Counted from the first letter of the whole stretch, positions 34,389-50,164 are shown. The stretch is DNA of 63,743 bases, filler included, from Octopus bimaculoides (GCF_001194135.2; 6 parts of 6 records of this genome joined end to end with filler, not necessarily neighbours in it), one strand, 5' to 3'. Translations and numbers: made by a program. The notes: generated by a model from the letters alone, not told the origin.

Positions 34389-36659
34389 CAGTACTTATGA
34401 AGTCTAAGATGATCTACTTACAAAATCTCGGAGAGAAAACTACGTGTATGAGTCAGGCGTTGTGTTCTGTATGTGAACAAAATGAAACAATTTGAATTAT
34501 TTTATGTTTGGCCCAAAGATGACGCAAAATGTAATGATCATAAAAAACGAAATTATGAAGTACGAAATTTCACCTTCAGAAAGAAACATTCTTAGTTTAC
34601 TCAGCTCTAATGGATACCAGTCTAGTCTGGGATACACGTCTCTCTTTCCGATTGCCTTATCATGAATGTTTTCTTTCTGAGTCAAACATGAACAGTCGGT
34701 AAGATATCAACACTTGCAATATAACTACGTAGATCGTAAAAATAGTTAGCGAAAGGACGATATATTTTATCGATCTATACTCGCTTGTAAGTAACGATTA
34801 GCTCTCTCTGTCACACACAATACATCCACACGCATACATACATAGATGCATGCATGCATGCATACATACATACATACATGCATATATATATATACTTACA
34901 TATATATNNNNNNNNNNNNNNNNNNNNNNNNNNNNNNNNNNNNNNNNNNNNNNNNNNNNNNNNNNNNNNNNNNNNNNNNNNNNNNNNNNNNNNNNNNNNN
35001 NNNNNNNNNNNNNNNNNNNNNNNNNNNNNNNNNNNNNNNNNNNNNNNNNNNNNNNNNNNNNNNNNNNNNNNNNNNNNNNNNNNNNNNNNNNNNNNNNNNN
35101 NNNNNNNNNNNNNNNNNNNNNNNNNNNNATATAATTAGCAACCAATTGCGATATATTTTTTTATATTTATACATGCATATGTATTAAATTATGCACATAT
35201 CCCTCTACAGAAGTAAAAAGAAAAATATAAGACAACAGGAATTATATTTATATTCCATCGTACAAAGAATTAACAAAAATAATCAGAACATGATTCCTTG
35301 AAGCAGAATAATAAAATGTTCCTTTTGAAATCAACAACATATTTATTTGAAATACTCTTACAATAGATTTCAAACGTTTATCATTTAAAGCGACAACCGA
35401 AATACTTTAATGATGCAAAAATAGAGTTGGGAATTGATGCTGCCAAACTCAAGTTCCATTTAAAAAAAAAATTCTGAATAGACTAACGTATCTTATATCA
35501 TCATTGAAATAATGGTATACTGCAAGAACCATTCTTTGTTATCATGCTAATCTTCAAAAGATTCCTTTGCTTATTTTGTTTTTATGAAATATCTGTTTCC
35601 AATGAAACCTCTATTTTTGGAATAAATCATTTCAAGTCTATTTAATTGTGCCTAAAGACGCAGACATTGTTTTCAACTTACTGGTTGCAACATTAATTTA
35701 CTTCCATATCGTATCCTAATGTTTTAGTTATGCATGATAAAAATCATTTTCGTCCCTAAATATCCTCACGTTCTTTGTATTTCAAAAATTTATTATTTCA
35801 AACAACTGTCCCTGTGTTGCTAATGTTCTTATTCCTAAAAACCGTTTACATTTTTTTCCTTCATGTCAGCTTAAAACATACAGGTTACTTTACAAATTGC
35901 TTGAATATTTCAGCTATTTAAAATCCTATAGATATTTACACGTGCCGTGTTGCAATCCTCACATCCTTTTGGGTGGTGTGAGAGTTACAGCATTATTTAT
36001 CTCCAGATTCTTTTGTAATCACGTATTTCTTTTAAGGCTTCTATGCAATTATTTCTTTCTCTAAAATATACTTCATCTCCATTACTACTTACTTAACGTA
36101 CAGTGAAGTTGTGCTTTGCTGGTGAGGTCAGAATAAAATCTAAATACATTTTACAGCTATTCCCCATACTTGCCGAAAAATGATTGCTTCTCAATGGTTT
36201 GCATTCTTTTTTGTTACATATAAGTAAGTTACGTTTTTTTGCAAGTGTCTCATTTTGTCCCTTTAACATCGTCAATAGAGTTTATGATCTGTTTTTATGC
36301 GTTAAACACGCCTGACAAGTTCACAAGGCGAAAATATCAAACACGGCTTACATTATGGGTTAGCGCTACAAAATTGAGAAACTTGTAAATTTAAATGTAA
36401 GCAGTTCTATCGATTTTACTACATTTACACCCACATTTGTATGTGAGAGACAAATCTTACAATATTTGGGAATTCTCGGCAAGATATTTTTCTGAAATTT
36501 GTGGAAATAAATTTTGTTTAAGTTTAGACATATAAACCCATGAAAATATGGATATCTGTGAAGCTTGAGACTAAATTTGGTCAAACATGAAATATCCCAG
36601 TAATAGGAATCCCGCAAGTACGGTTTTTTGTAATGACAAATATACACACGCCAACAAAT

Positions 36660-36741
<82 letters not shown>

Positions 36742-38261
36742 TACGTATACACACTATTTTAAACTTGTATTTATACACCCCACACTCATATATTAAGAAT
36801 GAAAGACAAGATAAGTTTACATAATGACTAACATTAACTCATATGTTTCGTCTACATGTAACATTGCATATAGATTTGCATTTTGCACAATAGAATGGTA
36901 CAATTCTATCACGGATATTGTATACAATTTATCTTTGACTCTAGCTCTGATATTTTCTTATTAAGATTTAATAATTATTTCAAACTGCTTTCGAACCAAT
37001 AGCGTATATGAATACCAAAGTATATAATACATAACACAGCGTATATATCTAAACTTATACATTTAAACTCATGCGAAGACAAATAAAATAGCGTATATGG
37101 TATCTAAAAACATATGGAAACGTAATAAAAACACATAAATCGAAAGAAAGGAAACAAAACAATATTGCCGGTGACTTCCATCATTTCGAGTTTTATCAAA
37201 GGGGTTAAACTCACCTGACTGAAATTCTTTGTATTTTGTAATAGATGACAGATATTTCTATCACAACCTACGATCAATGATGTCTTTTTTTTTATTAAGA
37301 ACAAGGCCAAATGTTTCTATGCGAAAAAAGGCTACATAAATTCAGCGGGTTGTTATTCGTGGAACTCAATTTTATGGTAATTCCTGACTAAACCTTTTTT
37401 TCCGGTTGTCATAGCAGGATACTTGAATGAGATATATTTCATAGAATTTTAGTATGTCTGTACTGATAGATAGCATTCCAAGTGTGGTGCTATTATCCAC
37501 TGAAGTTAAAGCATAAATGATGAAGAATTAATGTCACACGTATGAACTTGAAATATTACATTTGGTTACAGTATTTTTTGGAATATCAGATATCTGTTTA
37601 TCCTGCCGCAAACTATTTTCAGGTGTTTCTGTTTCTTCTTTCGCTTTATACATGACATGTTACAATTTTCAAGAATTATGTTAACCGTAAATACACGTAT
37701 AATAACCAATCTGTGATTCTCCAAATTGTATCAAAAAAATATTAATGACATCATGGAACCAGAGAATAGAGTTCACGAGGTTATAAATGTATTCTTCGAT
37801 ACGCATCGTAAGCAGTCGTGCATTGATAGTTCTAATCCGATAAAGCAAGTAATCTTCTCGTACATTACTGTAGAGATAAAAACATTTCTCTTTGTAATCA
37901 CGTTTGTTTCTGGTTCGAATTTAATGCACGTTACATTAGCGAAGTGTTTTCGGTCCTACCTCGATCTTATCAATACTTTATCAAAGAAAATTGATAGAGT
38001 AAAACTGTCGTATACATACGTTCATACACACAAACAAAAGACACACAAAAATACGCAGAAAGTGCGCATGTAACATGGCTACCATGAAAAAGGACGATAT
38101 GCTTCGGCGCATTACTTGCCGTGCTGAAATAACTTTGATTTCAGAATTTTATCGTCGAGGTTATACACGACTCCTAAAGATTAATGTCTTTGTGACAAAA
38201 TTTACAAAGAATTAATTCTATACCCACCAGTCTTCTCCCAGACGAAGTGAACTGAGGAAGA

Positions 38262-38645
38262 GTACATTATTTGGAACTGTAAATCACTAATTTGCACATC
38301 GTCTGGTAACTCACGGAGGGTGATTGAACGATTTCCTCACACAGCTGCACGAACATTTGCGATGTTTTTGTCAGTTCTGCTGTTTGCGGTTCTCCCAGAA
38401 AGTTCGTTAATATCGACATTTTTTCGTCTATCTTAGAAACAAACATCTGAACCACTCGTAAACATGTGTGCGGCTCATACACTCCTCTCAATAGACTTTC
38501 TGCAAATTTCTGTTGGTCTCTGAGCAGGTATCTCCATGACAACTTTCTCTGATGGTCGATGCGACGATCACACGCTACCCACCTTCCTTCTAAGGACTGT
38601 TGTAAGCACATCAGACATTAAGGTCAATCTGTGCCAAAGCAGCTC
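38262..38645 (-). mobile_element. Mariner transposase 5' fragment, same family as 13664
   Basis: Leader ttggcacagattgaccttaa..gaaggaa..gtagcgtgtgatcgtcgcatcgacc is shared; GDTCSETNRNLQKVY*EECMSRTHVYEWFR..RKNVD..SGR..SRTDKNIANVRAAV..NRSITLREL. Confidence 0.8.
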
Positions 38646-38714
38646 CACTCTACTTGCTTTAGCTTCGTTAGTATGGCAACAGTCCGGATACTTATTGATC
38701 ACATCTCGTAAATA

Positions 38715-38861
38715 GATGTGCTTATGTCCCCGTGACTTAGTGGTTCGGCAAAAGAGAAGATAGAATAAGTACTAGCATTACATAAATAAGTCCTCGGTTC
38801 AATTTTTTCGACTCATACCTTTTGAGGCGGTCTCCAACATGAATGCAGTCAAATGATTGAA

Positions 38862-38862
<1 letters not shown>
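38715..38862 (+). mobile_element. SINE family A, 3' half
   Basis: tgtccccgtgacttagtggttcggcaaaagag..gatagaataagtactag..ggcggtctccaacatg..gcagtcaaatgattgaaa. Confidence 0.8.
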
Positions 38863-38900
<38 letters not shown>

Positions 38901-39499
38901 TGTGCGTGTGTGTTTGTCTGTGTGTGTGTATTCAAAGGCCAATGATTTGCCTTCACATATTTTCATTCATGAACATGTCACCTCCAAGTCATTGCCTAGG
39001 AAGACACCTTAACCATAGAACCGCGTCTGCGCCCCAGAAATAAACGGAAATAAACTGACTACGCAGAATCATTTAAATATAAAGATACCAGGAGTTTAGT
39101 AATCAAATAGAAATGTCTAAATGTGTATATGTTAAGTTAAATAGTATCAATATAAACTAGTTGCAAGTTGATCTAAGATTGGTTACTCATTCATTATATG
39201 CAATAGATTTTAGTGAACCGTAGACGGATCGTCTCTGCAATAAACTCGTACCGTGTAATCTCCTCCGAAATCTCAATTCAATTTGTACTACTGAGCTTTT
39301 TCAATTAATGTGACGAATCGTACTATTATAAAATGTAATTCTTTCACCAATATTCTCAGTTCAATGTAATTCGTTTCGCAATCCAAAATCGACGAATTTA
39401 CAGACAATGATGCTATTGTATGTTACGTGTATTTAGTTAGATAATTTATTAGAAGTATACGAAAGTTTCAATTACAAAATTGAAAGTAGATGCTAAGTG

Positions 39500-39542
<43 letters not shown>

Positions 39543-39944
39543 NNNNNNNNNNNNNNNNNNNNNNNNNNNNNNNNNNNNNNNNNNNNNNNNNNNNNNNNNN
39601 NNNNNNNNNNNNNNNNNNNNNNNNNNNNNNNNNNNNNNNNNNNNNNNNNNNNNNNNNNNNNNNNNNNNNNNNNNNNNNNNNNNNNNNNNNNNNNNNNNNN
39701 NNNNNNNNNNNNNNNNNNNNNNNNNNNNNNNNNNNNNNNNNNNNNNNNNNNNNNNNNNNNNNNNNNNNNNNNNNNNNNNNNNNNNNNNNNNNNNNNNNNN
39801 NNNNNNNNNNNNNNNNNNNNNNNNNNNNNNNNNNNNNNNNNNNNNNNNNNNNNNNNNNNNNNNNNNNNNNNNNNNNNNNNNNNNNNNNNNNNNNNNNNNN
39901 NNNNNNNNNNNTATATATATATATATATATATATATATTCTTCT

Positions 39945-40075
39945 GTATTCCATTCTGTGGAAGTGCGTAGGCTCGAAACGTTAAAGACTTTTTCACTTCC
40001 CGAGCGTTAAACTAATACATGTGTGTTGTCTACACCACCTGTTTTCGTCCTTTGTTTTTTTTTGTGAATTCTCCA
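39945..40075 (+). mobile_element. Interspersed repeat resembling a Penelope-type 3' end; second copy on the minus strand at 46875-46975
   Basis: Shared aaagacttt..ccgagcgttaaactaatac..gttg; this copy has a degenerate hammerhead-like segment ctgtgga-a-gtgc-gtag-gctc-gaaac. Confidence 0.5.
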
Positions 40076-43000
40076 CATACGTACATACATATACCCCGAA
40101 TTAACAGTTATCCTTCTTCTAACTACCGTACGTTTTGAAGATTCGAAGTACAAAACAGTTAGACTTTAGTTCAACCAGCACATGTTGGGTCTAGTAGTGA
40201 CGAAACATCATTGTTTTAAATGCGATGGTAATTTCATGTTTAAACTGTGGGGCCGTATTTTGGATGAGTGATGCCAAATGTGAGAGAAAATATTGAAAAA
40301 TACATGACATTTGAAATAAAATGATATAGACATACACTTCAGAATATGTATAAGGAATATCAAGTGTTAGGAAAGAGGTTTTCGAGAAAATTGTAAATCA
40401 TGAAAAAAATCAATTGAATTTTCCTATGGAAGAACAAATTATAAGATTTGCTCAATTCACACAACACATTTATGTAAGATCAGTAGTGAATATGACACTT
40501 ATAGTAGAAACTCTTATCGTGGTTTAGGAAGAACACACTCACGCACACACACAGTAAGTGAATTCATGTATTGAACAAAGAGAACAGAAGCTGAAAAGTT
40601 GGGGTTGTTTGAAGTCTAGGAAAGGTGGATAGAAGGAAGAGGCTGACACTCTTGTACCTATTGCTTCTATCAATTTTGGAGCTTGTTTATGAATGTAACC
40701 ACGATTGATTAAGTTCGTTATTGTACATAGCTAGATCTACAAGAAGTGATACTGTAGAACCTAGATTGAGACATCACTGTTGTCATTGGATTTCAGATTT
40801 GTCAGCGTCATCGTCTATTCTGAGAATATGAGATGTCAAAATTTGACACAATAATATAATGATTGTTAATTAGTATTTTATCGTTAATAGTATTTCTTGT
40901 CAATATGACATGTAATTTTCAAACCACATATCACCTGATAAACATGATAACTAGACACATGGCTTCTTGATACAAAACGGTAATGACTTGTTAATACTAC
41001 AAGAACAGCTACTAAATCAAAAATCTAACTCAAGATGGCAGAGTGAAGCATCTCCAGAAATCCTATCATTCACTAGACATAAGTACTTCTAGCCTATAGG
41101 TGCCTAGCTGTCGTGTCGATTAAAAAAATCTTATTAACTACAGTAAGGTTGCGTCCACGTGTTTGGCATGACTATCTACTTAAAATGTTTGTAAAGCAAG
41201 GTATATTTATGGGTTCCCTTCAGTATGGTTCATATTTTGGCTGCTATTTCTAAAATAACCCTGTGTTGTCCAACGCACGGTAAGTAAAGTGTTATAAAAG
41301 GAAACAGCGTAGGAAGCGACCATATATACATATATACATAAACACACACACATACATTTCCACGCACGCACAAACACACATATTTGCACACATACAGATA
41401 AATTTGCACATACACACATACATATATGCATACACGCAAACATATATTTGCAGACACTCACACACACATATTTTTGCAGATACACTCACATATGTGCATA
41501 CACGCACACACATATTTGCATACACACACACATATATGTATATATGTGTATCTAACCGGCTGCAATTTTGGCAATAGAAAAATATATTTGAATAATATAG
41601 TAAAAAAAAATTATAAAAGAAAAAGTGAGATCTTAATTCATCAGATAAAGATAACGTCTCAGCATATTTCTTCAATAATCAGTTCCGACTGAGTGCAACT
41701 GTCGGGCATCACATATCTAAACCGTATCTAGGAATGACCAAAAATCTTAGAAACTGGAAGATAAAAAATAAACCATAATCCCGAAAGATTAATAGGCACT
41801 TGTGAGTTCCAAAGACGAGCAAGATAATTACTTAAAAACAATATTGTCTTTTATCATTTTCAAGGAAAACATCGATCATAAAATGAAGAATGAAAGCAGA
41901 TAAAGGGGAAACTATGAAAATAAATATGGAGGACTTTGAAAGAAATTGATCAGGTGTTTCGTATCCGACGTGACGAATTGATTATTATGATATGGTCTTT
42001 TGACGTGCATGATATATAGGCACTGTGAATATCTTAACAACGAACAAACAAATAAAATGAAAGGAGCATTGGTGTCAAGATGCATTATTCATTTTGTGCA
42101 GAAAATGTGAATTACTAAGATAGGTATGATGGAAAACCACAAAATGCCAATACAAACGTAGAATAGAGTGTAGGATCGCTTTTAAGAATAAAACTTTGTT
42201 TCTTTCTCCGTTGAAATATAAATGAGAATATATGGAGTATAGAATATAGAATTGCTGCATTTCATGAGCTGCATATAAACGTGAATTCTCGAGCTTCGCT
42301 GTTGCCTTAATGAATATGCGCACAGCAGGAGACAAACACAAACGTAGGCGTACTCACTGCACATATAGACGCACATGTACACAATTACACAAATTCAATC
42401 ATACACGCGTACACAACAGCCACGCACACACACACATACGAACTTTCACACATCATTTAGTTCTGTAGAAACGTTTATACATATCTCAAGCTAGCTCTAT
42501 GTAATTTTATGTGCGTTTCTATTTTGCGCATGTACACATACACACATATAAATACATACAAATATGCATATATATGCATAAATACCAGAGTAAGCAAATG
42601 AATGTGAAACAACGCACATAAAATAGTACTCGAATACCGGAGCTAGAGTAATATGTTTTATTGATAAAGCTGCAAAGACATCTGGGTAACAGTTTTTGTA
42701 ATTTCCTTGCAGTTTTATTAATAAAGTGTGTATATATATATATAGNNNNNNNNNNTATATATACACATACATACATACAAATACACACATATACATACAT
42801 GTACATTATCGATGTCACATGATTTATGTATTGTTAATCGCTTTTTGAATGTGGTATTTCGCTGAGGGAAACCAGGGTAAGTCCCTTTAAAGCAGTAATG
42901 TGATGCAAAACACTGTATACTTTATCAACACATAACGTCTTCAAATGAACTTTAACTGAACGAAATACTGCAGCCAAAAGCGTTCAGCATCACAATACAT

Positions 43001-43224
43001 TACGTAACATGAATAATGTTTGTATTATACAGCTGTTCCTAATTTAGAATTGCAATATATACATACACGCATACATTCAAAGAAGAACTGGATGTGAAAC
43101 GCTCAGTATACCCGGAAAAAGATCATTCTCGTGTATGTTTCATGAAAACCTGAAGAAGATAGTAAGATAGTAATACTGACATAAAGTGAAGTCTGCCTTG
43201 AACTCGTGACCTCTACGTCACATC

Positions 43225-43670
43225 ACACTTCGAAGGCTTTGCTTTTGAAATCCAAGAAATGAAGATTGTTATTAAATGCCAAATAAAGTAGAGAGTGAAC
43301 ACTTAGAGCTCCAAGATACAACTGAATATGTAAATTATGTCGTGTTTCTGTGAAAGATATCATACACGTGATACAGCTGCCCCAAAATCTACGTCCATAT
43401 GCGACACTACGCCGCCGCAAAACACAATACACAATGCCATTCGGAAAACATTACTATTCGGGAATAAATTTTGACAATCGCCGTGTGAAGGAAGACGTAT
43501 ACAAACATGAACTCAAAGAATACTGGTGAAACATTCTTACTAAAATATCTGTCTTGTTTAATCGTAACAAACCTGATGATGTTTGGGACAGGCGAGAAAA
43601 GGTAGGTACCGCCATAGAGGTCAGCTGCCCTACTGATGTGAATACAAAACAGCAATCAACGAACATGCTC
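43225..43670 (+). mobile_element. RLE-type LINE fragment (CCHC knuckle remnant + endonuclease)
   Basis: EGFAFEIQE..LCRVSVKDIIHV..SCPK..RH..KEYW*NI..NRNKPD..VWD..AIEVSCPTDVN. Confidence 0.7.
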
Positions 43671-44289
43671 GAAACAAGAAGAGGAAAGTTCCAGAGAGAT
43701 GAAAAAAAAAAATAGGCAGATCAATACACAATCCAACGGATACTGATAAAACCCAGTCTGTTTTAGGAAGAGTTAAAGAGCAAGAGTTAGACACACACAC
43801 CAAAAAAGGCGAAAAGTTTCACTTACACTAAGCAGTCAGAAGAGAAAAAACGAGATGGAAAATCGATTGAAATTCTGCCTTATGAGGTGTAATATCTCTA
43901 CCAATATAACATGGCGTTGATACACTTTTAGACAATTGTTATCATTTAGCCCATAACAATAACTGACAAAAAACTTCACTAATATATCTGAGAACAAAAC
44001 ACCAGACAGTGATCAACAACAATGACTGAAAAAAAAACCCAACGTTGTTTATAAATTATATATTCGCGAATTCATAATTTAAATCACACATAACGGCAAC
44101 GAGTTACTACAAATACAAACACATAAACGCACAGACGCGTATAAGTATCTTTATACACACACTCATATATATATATATATATATATATANNNNNNNNNNN
44201 NNNNNNNNNNNNNNNNNNNNNNNNNNNNNNNNNTTAATTAATTAANNNNNNNNNNNNNNNNNNNNNNNNNNNNNNNNNNNNNNNNNNNN

Positions 44290-44329
<40 letters not shown>

Positions 44330-44540
44330 AATATATATATATATACATATATATATATACACATACACACACATATATATATGTGTATAGACACAAACAC
44401 ATGTATACGTATATGTATGTATATAAAACTAAAGGTATAGAAATAGCAAAATATAAAAAAAGAAAATACAAAGAAGATATAATGTCATTCAGCAGTGACT
44501 TAAGCAAAAATTGACCAACATCTTGACTCAAAAACAAATA

Positions 44541-44621
<81 letters not shown>

Positions 44622-44895
44622 CTGCAGAAAACATAAATAACGATAGAATGTGAAAAGTTGGAAAGTGAAAGTAAAGGAAAAATAAGAAAATATAAAGAAA
44701 TACCAAAATATATACGCAAAAAAAATACGTATTGATGTTGTTAAAAGTTATTTTACAGAATCTATTGTTCGCTCAGTGATTTTGTTTTTTATTTGTGTTT
44801 TGGTTTTGGGTTTTTTTTTTTTTTGCTTATGACTCAATAAAAAATTTGATACTTTCTATCTATCAACTTATGTTTCTCCCTCTCTGTCTCAACCT

Positions 44896-44939
<44 letters not shown>

Positions 44940-45201
44940 CTCTTTCTTTCTCTCTCTATCTCAGTTTCTTTTTCTTCCGTATTCCTTCAAACCCTCCCAA
45001 GTAACTTGAAAGAGAATTTCAAGTTGATTACCAAGTAGTCGTTGGCTGAGGTGGGTGTCTGTGCGTGTGCGTGCGTGTCGGAGGTGGGAGTTAAGATGTA
45101 TGGCGAGTGTCTACCTAATAATTAGGGATAAATCACAGCCAATAAGCAATGACTACCACTTAGTAGTAAGTTTCTTCATCTTCTTCTTCATCTTCTTCTT
45201 C

Positions 45202-45236
<35 letters not shown>

Positions 45237-45806
45237 CTTCTTTTTCTTCAATTTCGTTTTTTTGTTGTTGCTGTTATTGCTATTTGGTTTATATTTTCTC
45301 TCTCACCCTTTCTCCNNNNNNNNNNNNNNNNNNNNNNNNNNNNNNNNNNNNNNNNNNNNNNNNNNNNNNNNNNNNNNNNNNNNNNNNNNNNNNNNNNNNN
45401 NNNNNNNNNNNNNNNNNNNNNNNNNNNNNNNNNNNNNNNNNNNNNNNNNNNNNNNNNNNNNNNNNNNNNNNNNNNNNNNNNNNNNNNNNNNNNNNNNNNN
45501 NNNNNNNNNNNNNNNNNNNNNNNNNNNNNNNNNNNNNNNNNNNNNNNNNNNNNNNNNNNNNNNNNNNNNNNNNNNNNNNNNNNNNNNNNNNNNNNNNNNN
45601 NNNNNNNNNNNNNNNNNNNNNNNNNNNNNNNNNNNNNNNNNNNNNNNNNNNNNNNNNNNNNNNNNNNNNNNNNNNNNNNNNNNNNNNNNNNNNNNNNNNN
45701 NNNNNNNNNNNNNNNNNNNNNNNNNNNNNNNNNNNNNNNNNNNNNNNNNNNNNNNNNNNNNNNNNNNNNNNNNNNNNNNNNNNNNNNNNNNNNNNNNNNN
45801 NNNNNN

Positions 45807-45864
<58 letters not shown>

Positions 45865-46423
45865 GTGTGTGTGCTCGCGCGCGCGTGTGTGTGTAAAATA
45901 AATAAATAGATAGTGTAAGCTTTGTAATTCGGATAAGCAGAAGCAAGAAGAAGAAGAAGAAGAAGAAATAGTGGTCGATAATGCGTCACGTTGATCGATA
46001 ATGTCTCGCATTATTTAAAGATTCAAGCTAGCTTTGCTTCCAAAGTCTCTGATTAAATTCAGATTTTTCGCTTTGCAGAAAAATACCTCCCTTCTTTAAG
46101 TCAAAGGTTACTTCTGTTTGATCTTGTGACAGTTTCAGACTACACTGTTTTTTTGTTCTTGTTTTTGTTTTTTCGGTTCTTGTTATTGCTTTTTTTTTTT
46201 TGTCTTGTTGTCATCGTTGGTAATTTTGTTTCCGTTTGGCTTTCAGTTTTGCTTTCATTTTTCGTTGTTTGTTATGGTTTTAGTTATTTATTTATGTTTT
46301 TCTTTCGTCTTCCCATATGTTTTCAATATGATTATCTATATCATTCGTTTACTTTCTTATATAGTTTTACTTTCTTTCTTTTTTTTCTGCCAATCGATAT
46401 CACCATCATTACTTTCATTATTG

Positions 46424-46651
46424 TAGTTGTTGTTGTTGTTGTTGTTGTTCTTCTTCTTCTTCTTCTTCTTCTTCTTCTTCTTCTTCTTCTTCTTCTTCTT
46501 CTTCTTCTTCTTCTTCTTCTTCTTCTTCTTCTTCTTCTTCTTCTTCTTCTTCCACGTTTCAAAAATAATTATAATAATCATCATCATCGTATTTTATACA
46601 TATGTATTTATGCGTATATTTATACAGATACACATGTATGCGTAAAATATT

Positions 46652-46710
<59 letters not shown>

Positions 46711-46730
46711 CGATAGATAGATAGACAGAC
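46424..46730. repeat. (GTT)n(CTT)n followed by (GATA)n microsatellites
   Basis: Directly visible; source of the poly-L/F/R/K ORFs. Confidence 0.95.
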
Positions 46731-47235
46731 AGACATACACACATACACACTCACACACACATATGTATATGTACATAAATATATATGTATTCATATATAT
46801 GCATATATATATTTACGTATATGATATATATATGTATATATCTATATGTGTGTGTGTATGTGTGTGTGTTTGTGTGTGTAGCTCAAATTTACAGAAAAGT
46901 AAAAGACAGAGACAAGTGTAGGAACAACAAGCAGGTGTATTAGTTTTAACGCTCGGTAAAATGGAAAAGTCTTTTNNNNNNNNNNNNNNNNNNNNNNNNN
47001 NNNNNNNNNNNNNNNNNNNNNNNNNNNNNNNNNNNNNNNNNNNNNNNNNNNNNNNNNNNNNNNNNNNNNNNNNNNNNNNNNNNNNNNNNNNNNNNNNNNN
47101 NNNNNNNNNNNNNNNNNNNNNNNNNNNNNNNNNNNNNNNNNNNNNNNNNNNNNNNNNNNNNNNNNNNNNNNNNNNNNNNNNNNNNNNNNNNNNNNNNNNN
47201 NNNNNNNNNNNNNNNNNNNNNNNNNNNNNNNNNNN

Positions 47236-47296
<61 letters not shown>

Positions 47297-47571
47297 GACT
47301 CCCTTCTAAGGGAGCCGTAACAAGCACTAAGGGCCCTTCATTCTGAGTGCTTTACATGCTAGTTAACCCATAGCTGAGCCCTAACAAGTGCTACTACTCG
47401 GAATCAGAGTAGATCTGGGAACAGTAGTGGCTAAAAGGTGATTCCGCATTCCTGGAATCCTTTGAACTCCCGTACTAGGGGCCTCACAACTGGATGCAGT
47501 TTAAAGTCATACCTAGGAAACACACACACACACACATACACACACAGCCACACAGACACATATGCACGCAC

Positions 47572-47635
47572 ACACGAAATACCGCAAAGCATTTTGCCCA
47601 ACGTGCTAACGTTTCTGCCAGCTCGCCGCCTTAAT
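47572..47635 (-). mobile_element. SINE family B head
   Basis: cgaaataccgcaaagcattttgcccaacgtgctaacgtttctgccagctcgccgcctt. Confidence 0.75.
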
Positions 47636-47848
47636 TTAAATCTTATATTGGCATAGAAGATAGCATCGACAAACACTACGTAGACCCTTTCTACATGCGT
47701 TCCTGGCATAAGGTTTCATACCAAATTCAACAAACAACGGAAATATATGCGATGGAAATATATCTCATGATTCGCCTTCTAAACGACGACATAACACACA
47801 CACAAACACATCCATATTTATAGGAGAAATAGATAGACAGATAGACAG

Positions 47849-47909
<61 letters not shown>

Positions 47910-48900
47910 AAGAGTGGGAGGAACAGACAGACAGACTGACAGAGAGAGAGAGAGGGTGGAGGGAGAAGGGGTGGAGGGAGAGAGAGAGGTATAAATCTTT
48001 CCTGAGCAACTGGAAAGATTTTCACCTGGAAAATTCCTAGTAGATTCAAAACCTTATGAGACATAGAGAGCACGGAATACATACGAATTTATAGAATTAA
48101 AAATTCAGTATTTTTTTCTTAGAACACGGCTAATATCGTAGGTTCTTTATGCACTTACACTGACGTTGAAAAGAGTTCTCACCCTTGAAGTACAGACCTT
48201 CTTCCAGGCTCTTTACTCGTATCACTTTTACTACCCATGTAGTTATATACATTTATCAGATATTATACCGGTTGATGTTCATATAGCTACGATTGATGTT
48301 TTGGTATCTATTTTACTAAATTGATTCTACTACACTGGATACGAATGTTGACCAAGTTTACATGCACACATACATAATCACTAAACGCACCATACAGCTA
48401 TAGTACCAAACCGTACTACTGAAATGGCCTTGTCAATCCTATTATGAATACAACTGGCGTCTATAAATGATTACAGACGATCAACAATGTACAAATGATA
48501 GTTAACTACGTACTTAACGTTACTTCAATCCCTCATACAAAAATCTGCCTCTGCTAATGTACTAACTAGCATTGCTCTAGACTAACAACAGACTTGTTCT
48601 AAAATTACTACCATAACTTCTTTTTAACATTTTAGCTAGCTAAGTACTCAATCTGTTAACAAAGATGTTTGCTAGCTACTAGGCCACCAACTGCCATGCA
48701 AATTTCGGCTTAATGAATGGCAGTTATGTGGAAATCGCTTTATGAAAGAATTCACACCAGCCTAATTCTAAAATATGATTTTTCATCACACAGTTTTCAT
48801 TTATATACTTCCTGTCTCTATCTACACATACGTGACAATCTATAATTTTACATCCATATACAAATGTATTGTACGTCTATATATAGGGGAGGGTGCGTAA

Positions 48901-48931
<31 letters not shown>

Positions 48932-49350
48932 NNNNNNNNNNNNNNNNNNNNNNNNNNNNNNNNNNNNNNNNNNNNNNNNNNNNNNNNNNNNNNNNNNNNN
49001 NNNNNNNNNNNNNNNNNNNNNNNNNNNNNNNNNNNNNNNNNNNNNNNNNNNNNNNNNNNNNNNNNNNNNNNNNNNNNNNNNNNNNNNNNNNNNNNNNNNN
49101 NNNNNNNNNNNNNNNNNNNNNNNNNNNNNNNNNNNNNNNNNNNNNNNNNNNNNNNNNNNNNNNNNNNNNNNNNNNNNNNNNNNNNNNNNNNNNNNNNNNN
49201 NNNNNNNNNNNNNNNNNNNNNNNNNNNNNNNNNNNNNNNNNNNNNNNNNNNNNNNNNNNNNNNNNNNNNNNNNNNNNNNNNNNNNNNNNNNNNNNNNNNN
49301 NNNNNNNNNNNNNNNNNNNNNNNNNNNNNNNNNNNNNNNNNNNNNNNNNN

Positions 49351-49391
<41 letters not shown>

Positions 49392-49536
49392 GTGTGTGTG
49401 TGTGTTTGTGTACGTACATATACATACACACACACATAGATATGTATGTAGGTATGTATGTATGCGTGTATGTAGGTATGTATGTATGCGTGTATGTATC
49501 CATGTAATACACACATATCACATAAAATCTCGCTCT

Positions 49537-49575
<39 letters not shown>

Positions 49576-50127
49576 CTCAGGCCTAATGGCATGTTGGGGT
49601 AAATTCAGCTATGAAAAATGGTTTCTTCCTACTTACTAACAGAAATAAAATAAAGCAAAATAAAACTAAACAAAGATCAAAAATATAAATACAAAATATA
49701 AAAAGTTACAAAAAAACATCAATGTAAGTAGTATTAATGTATATCGTTGGTTTGACAGATTGTGCTAAAACAACAGAACTGTGACGTTTCTAATACTTAG
49801 CTCTGCTAATGAGTTGATTCTTATATGGAAGTATAGCAAAGAATGCATCATGAATTCATTTGAACGTAGTACGAATCAGTCAATAAGTCGTTGAAATGCA
49901 CACAATCCTTTTACGCGCGCACACTCACACTCACACGCACTCAGACGCCAACGGAGAAGCTAAGACAGAAACTACTACGAGGTCAATGACTTGCTAGAAA
50001 TAGCAGTTGATTGCATTCCCTTCAAAATGTAACAGATTTTATCGGAATGAATCGTGTGTGAAACGGTGTACACTATTACATAAGGTACACATCGCCGGTC
50101 TCATCTCTATCTCCCTCTTTCTCCATT

Positions 50128-50164
<37 letters not shown>

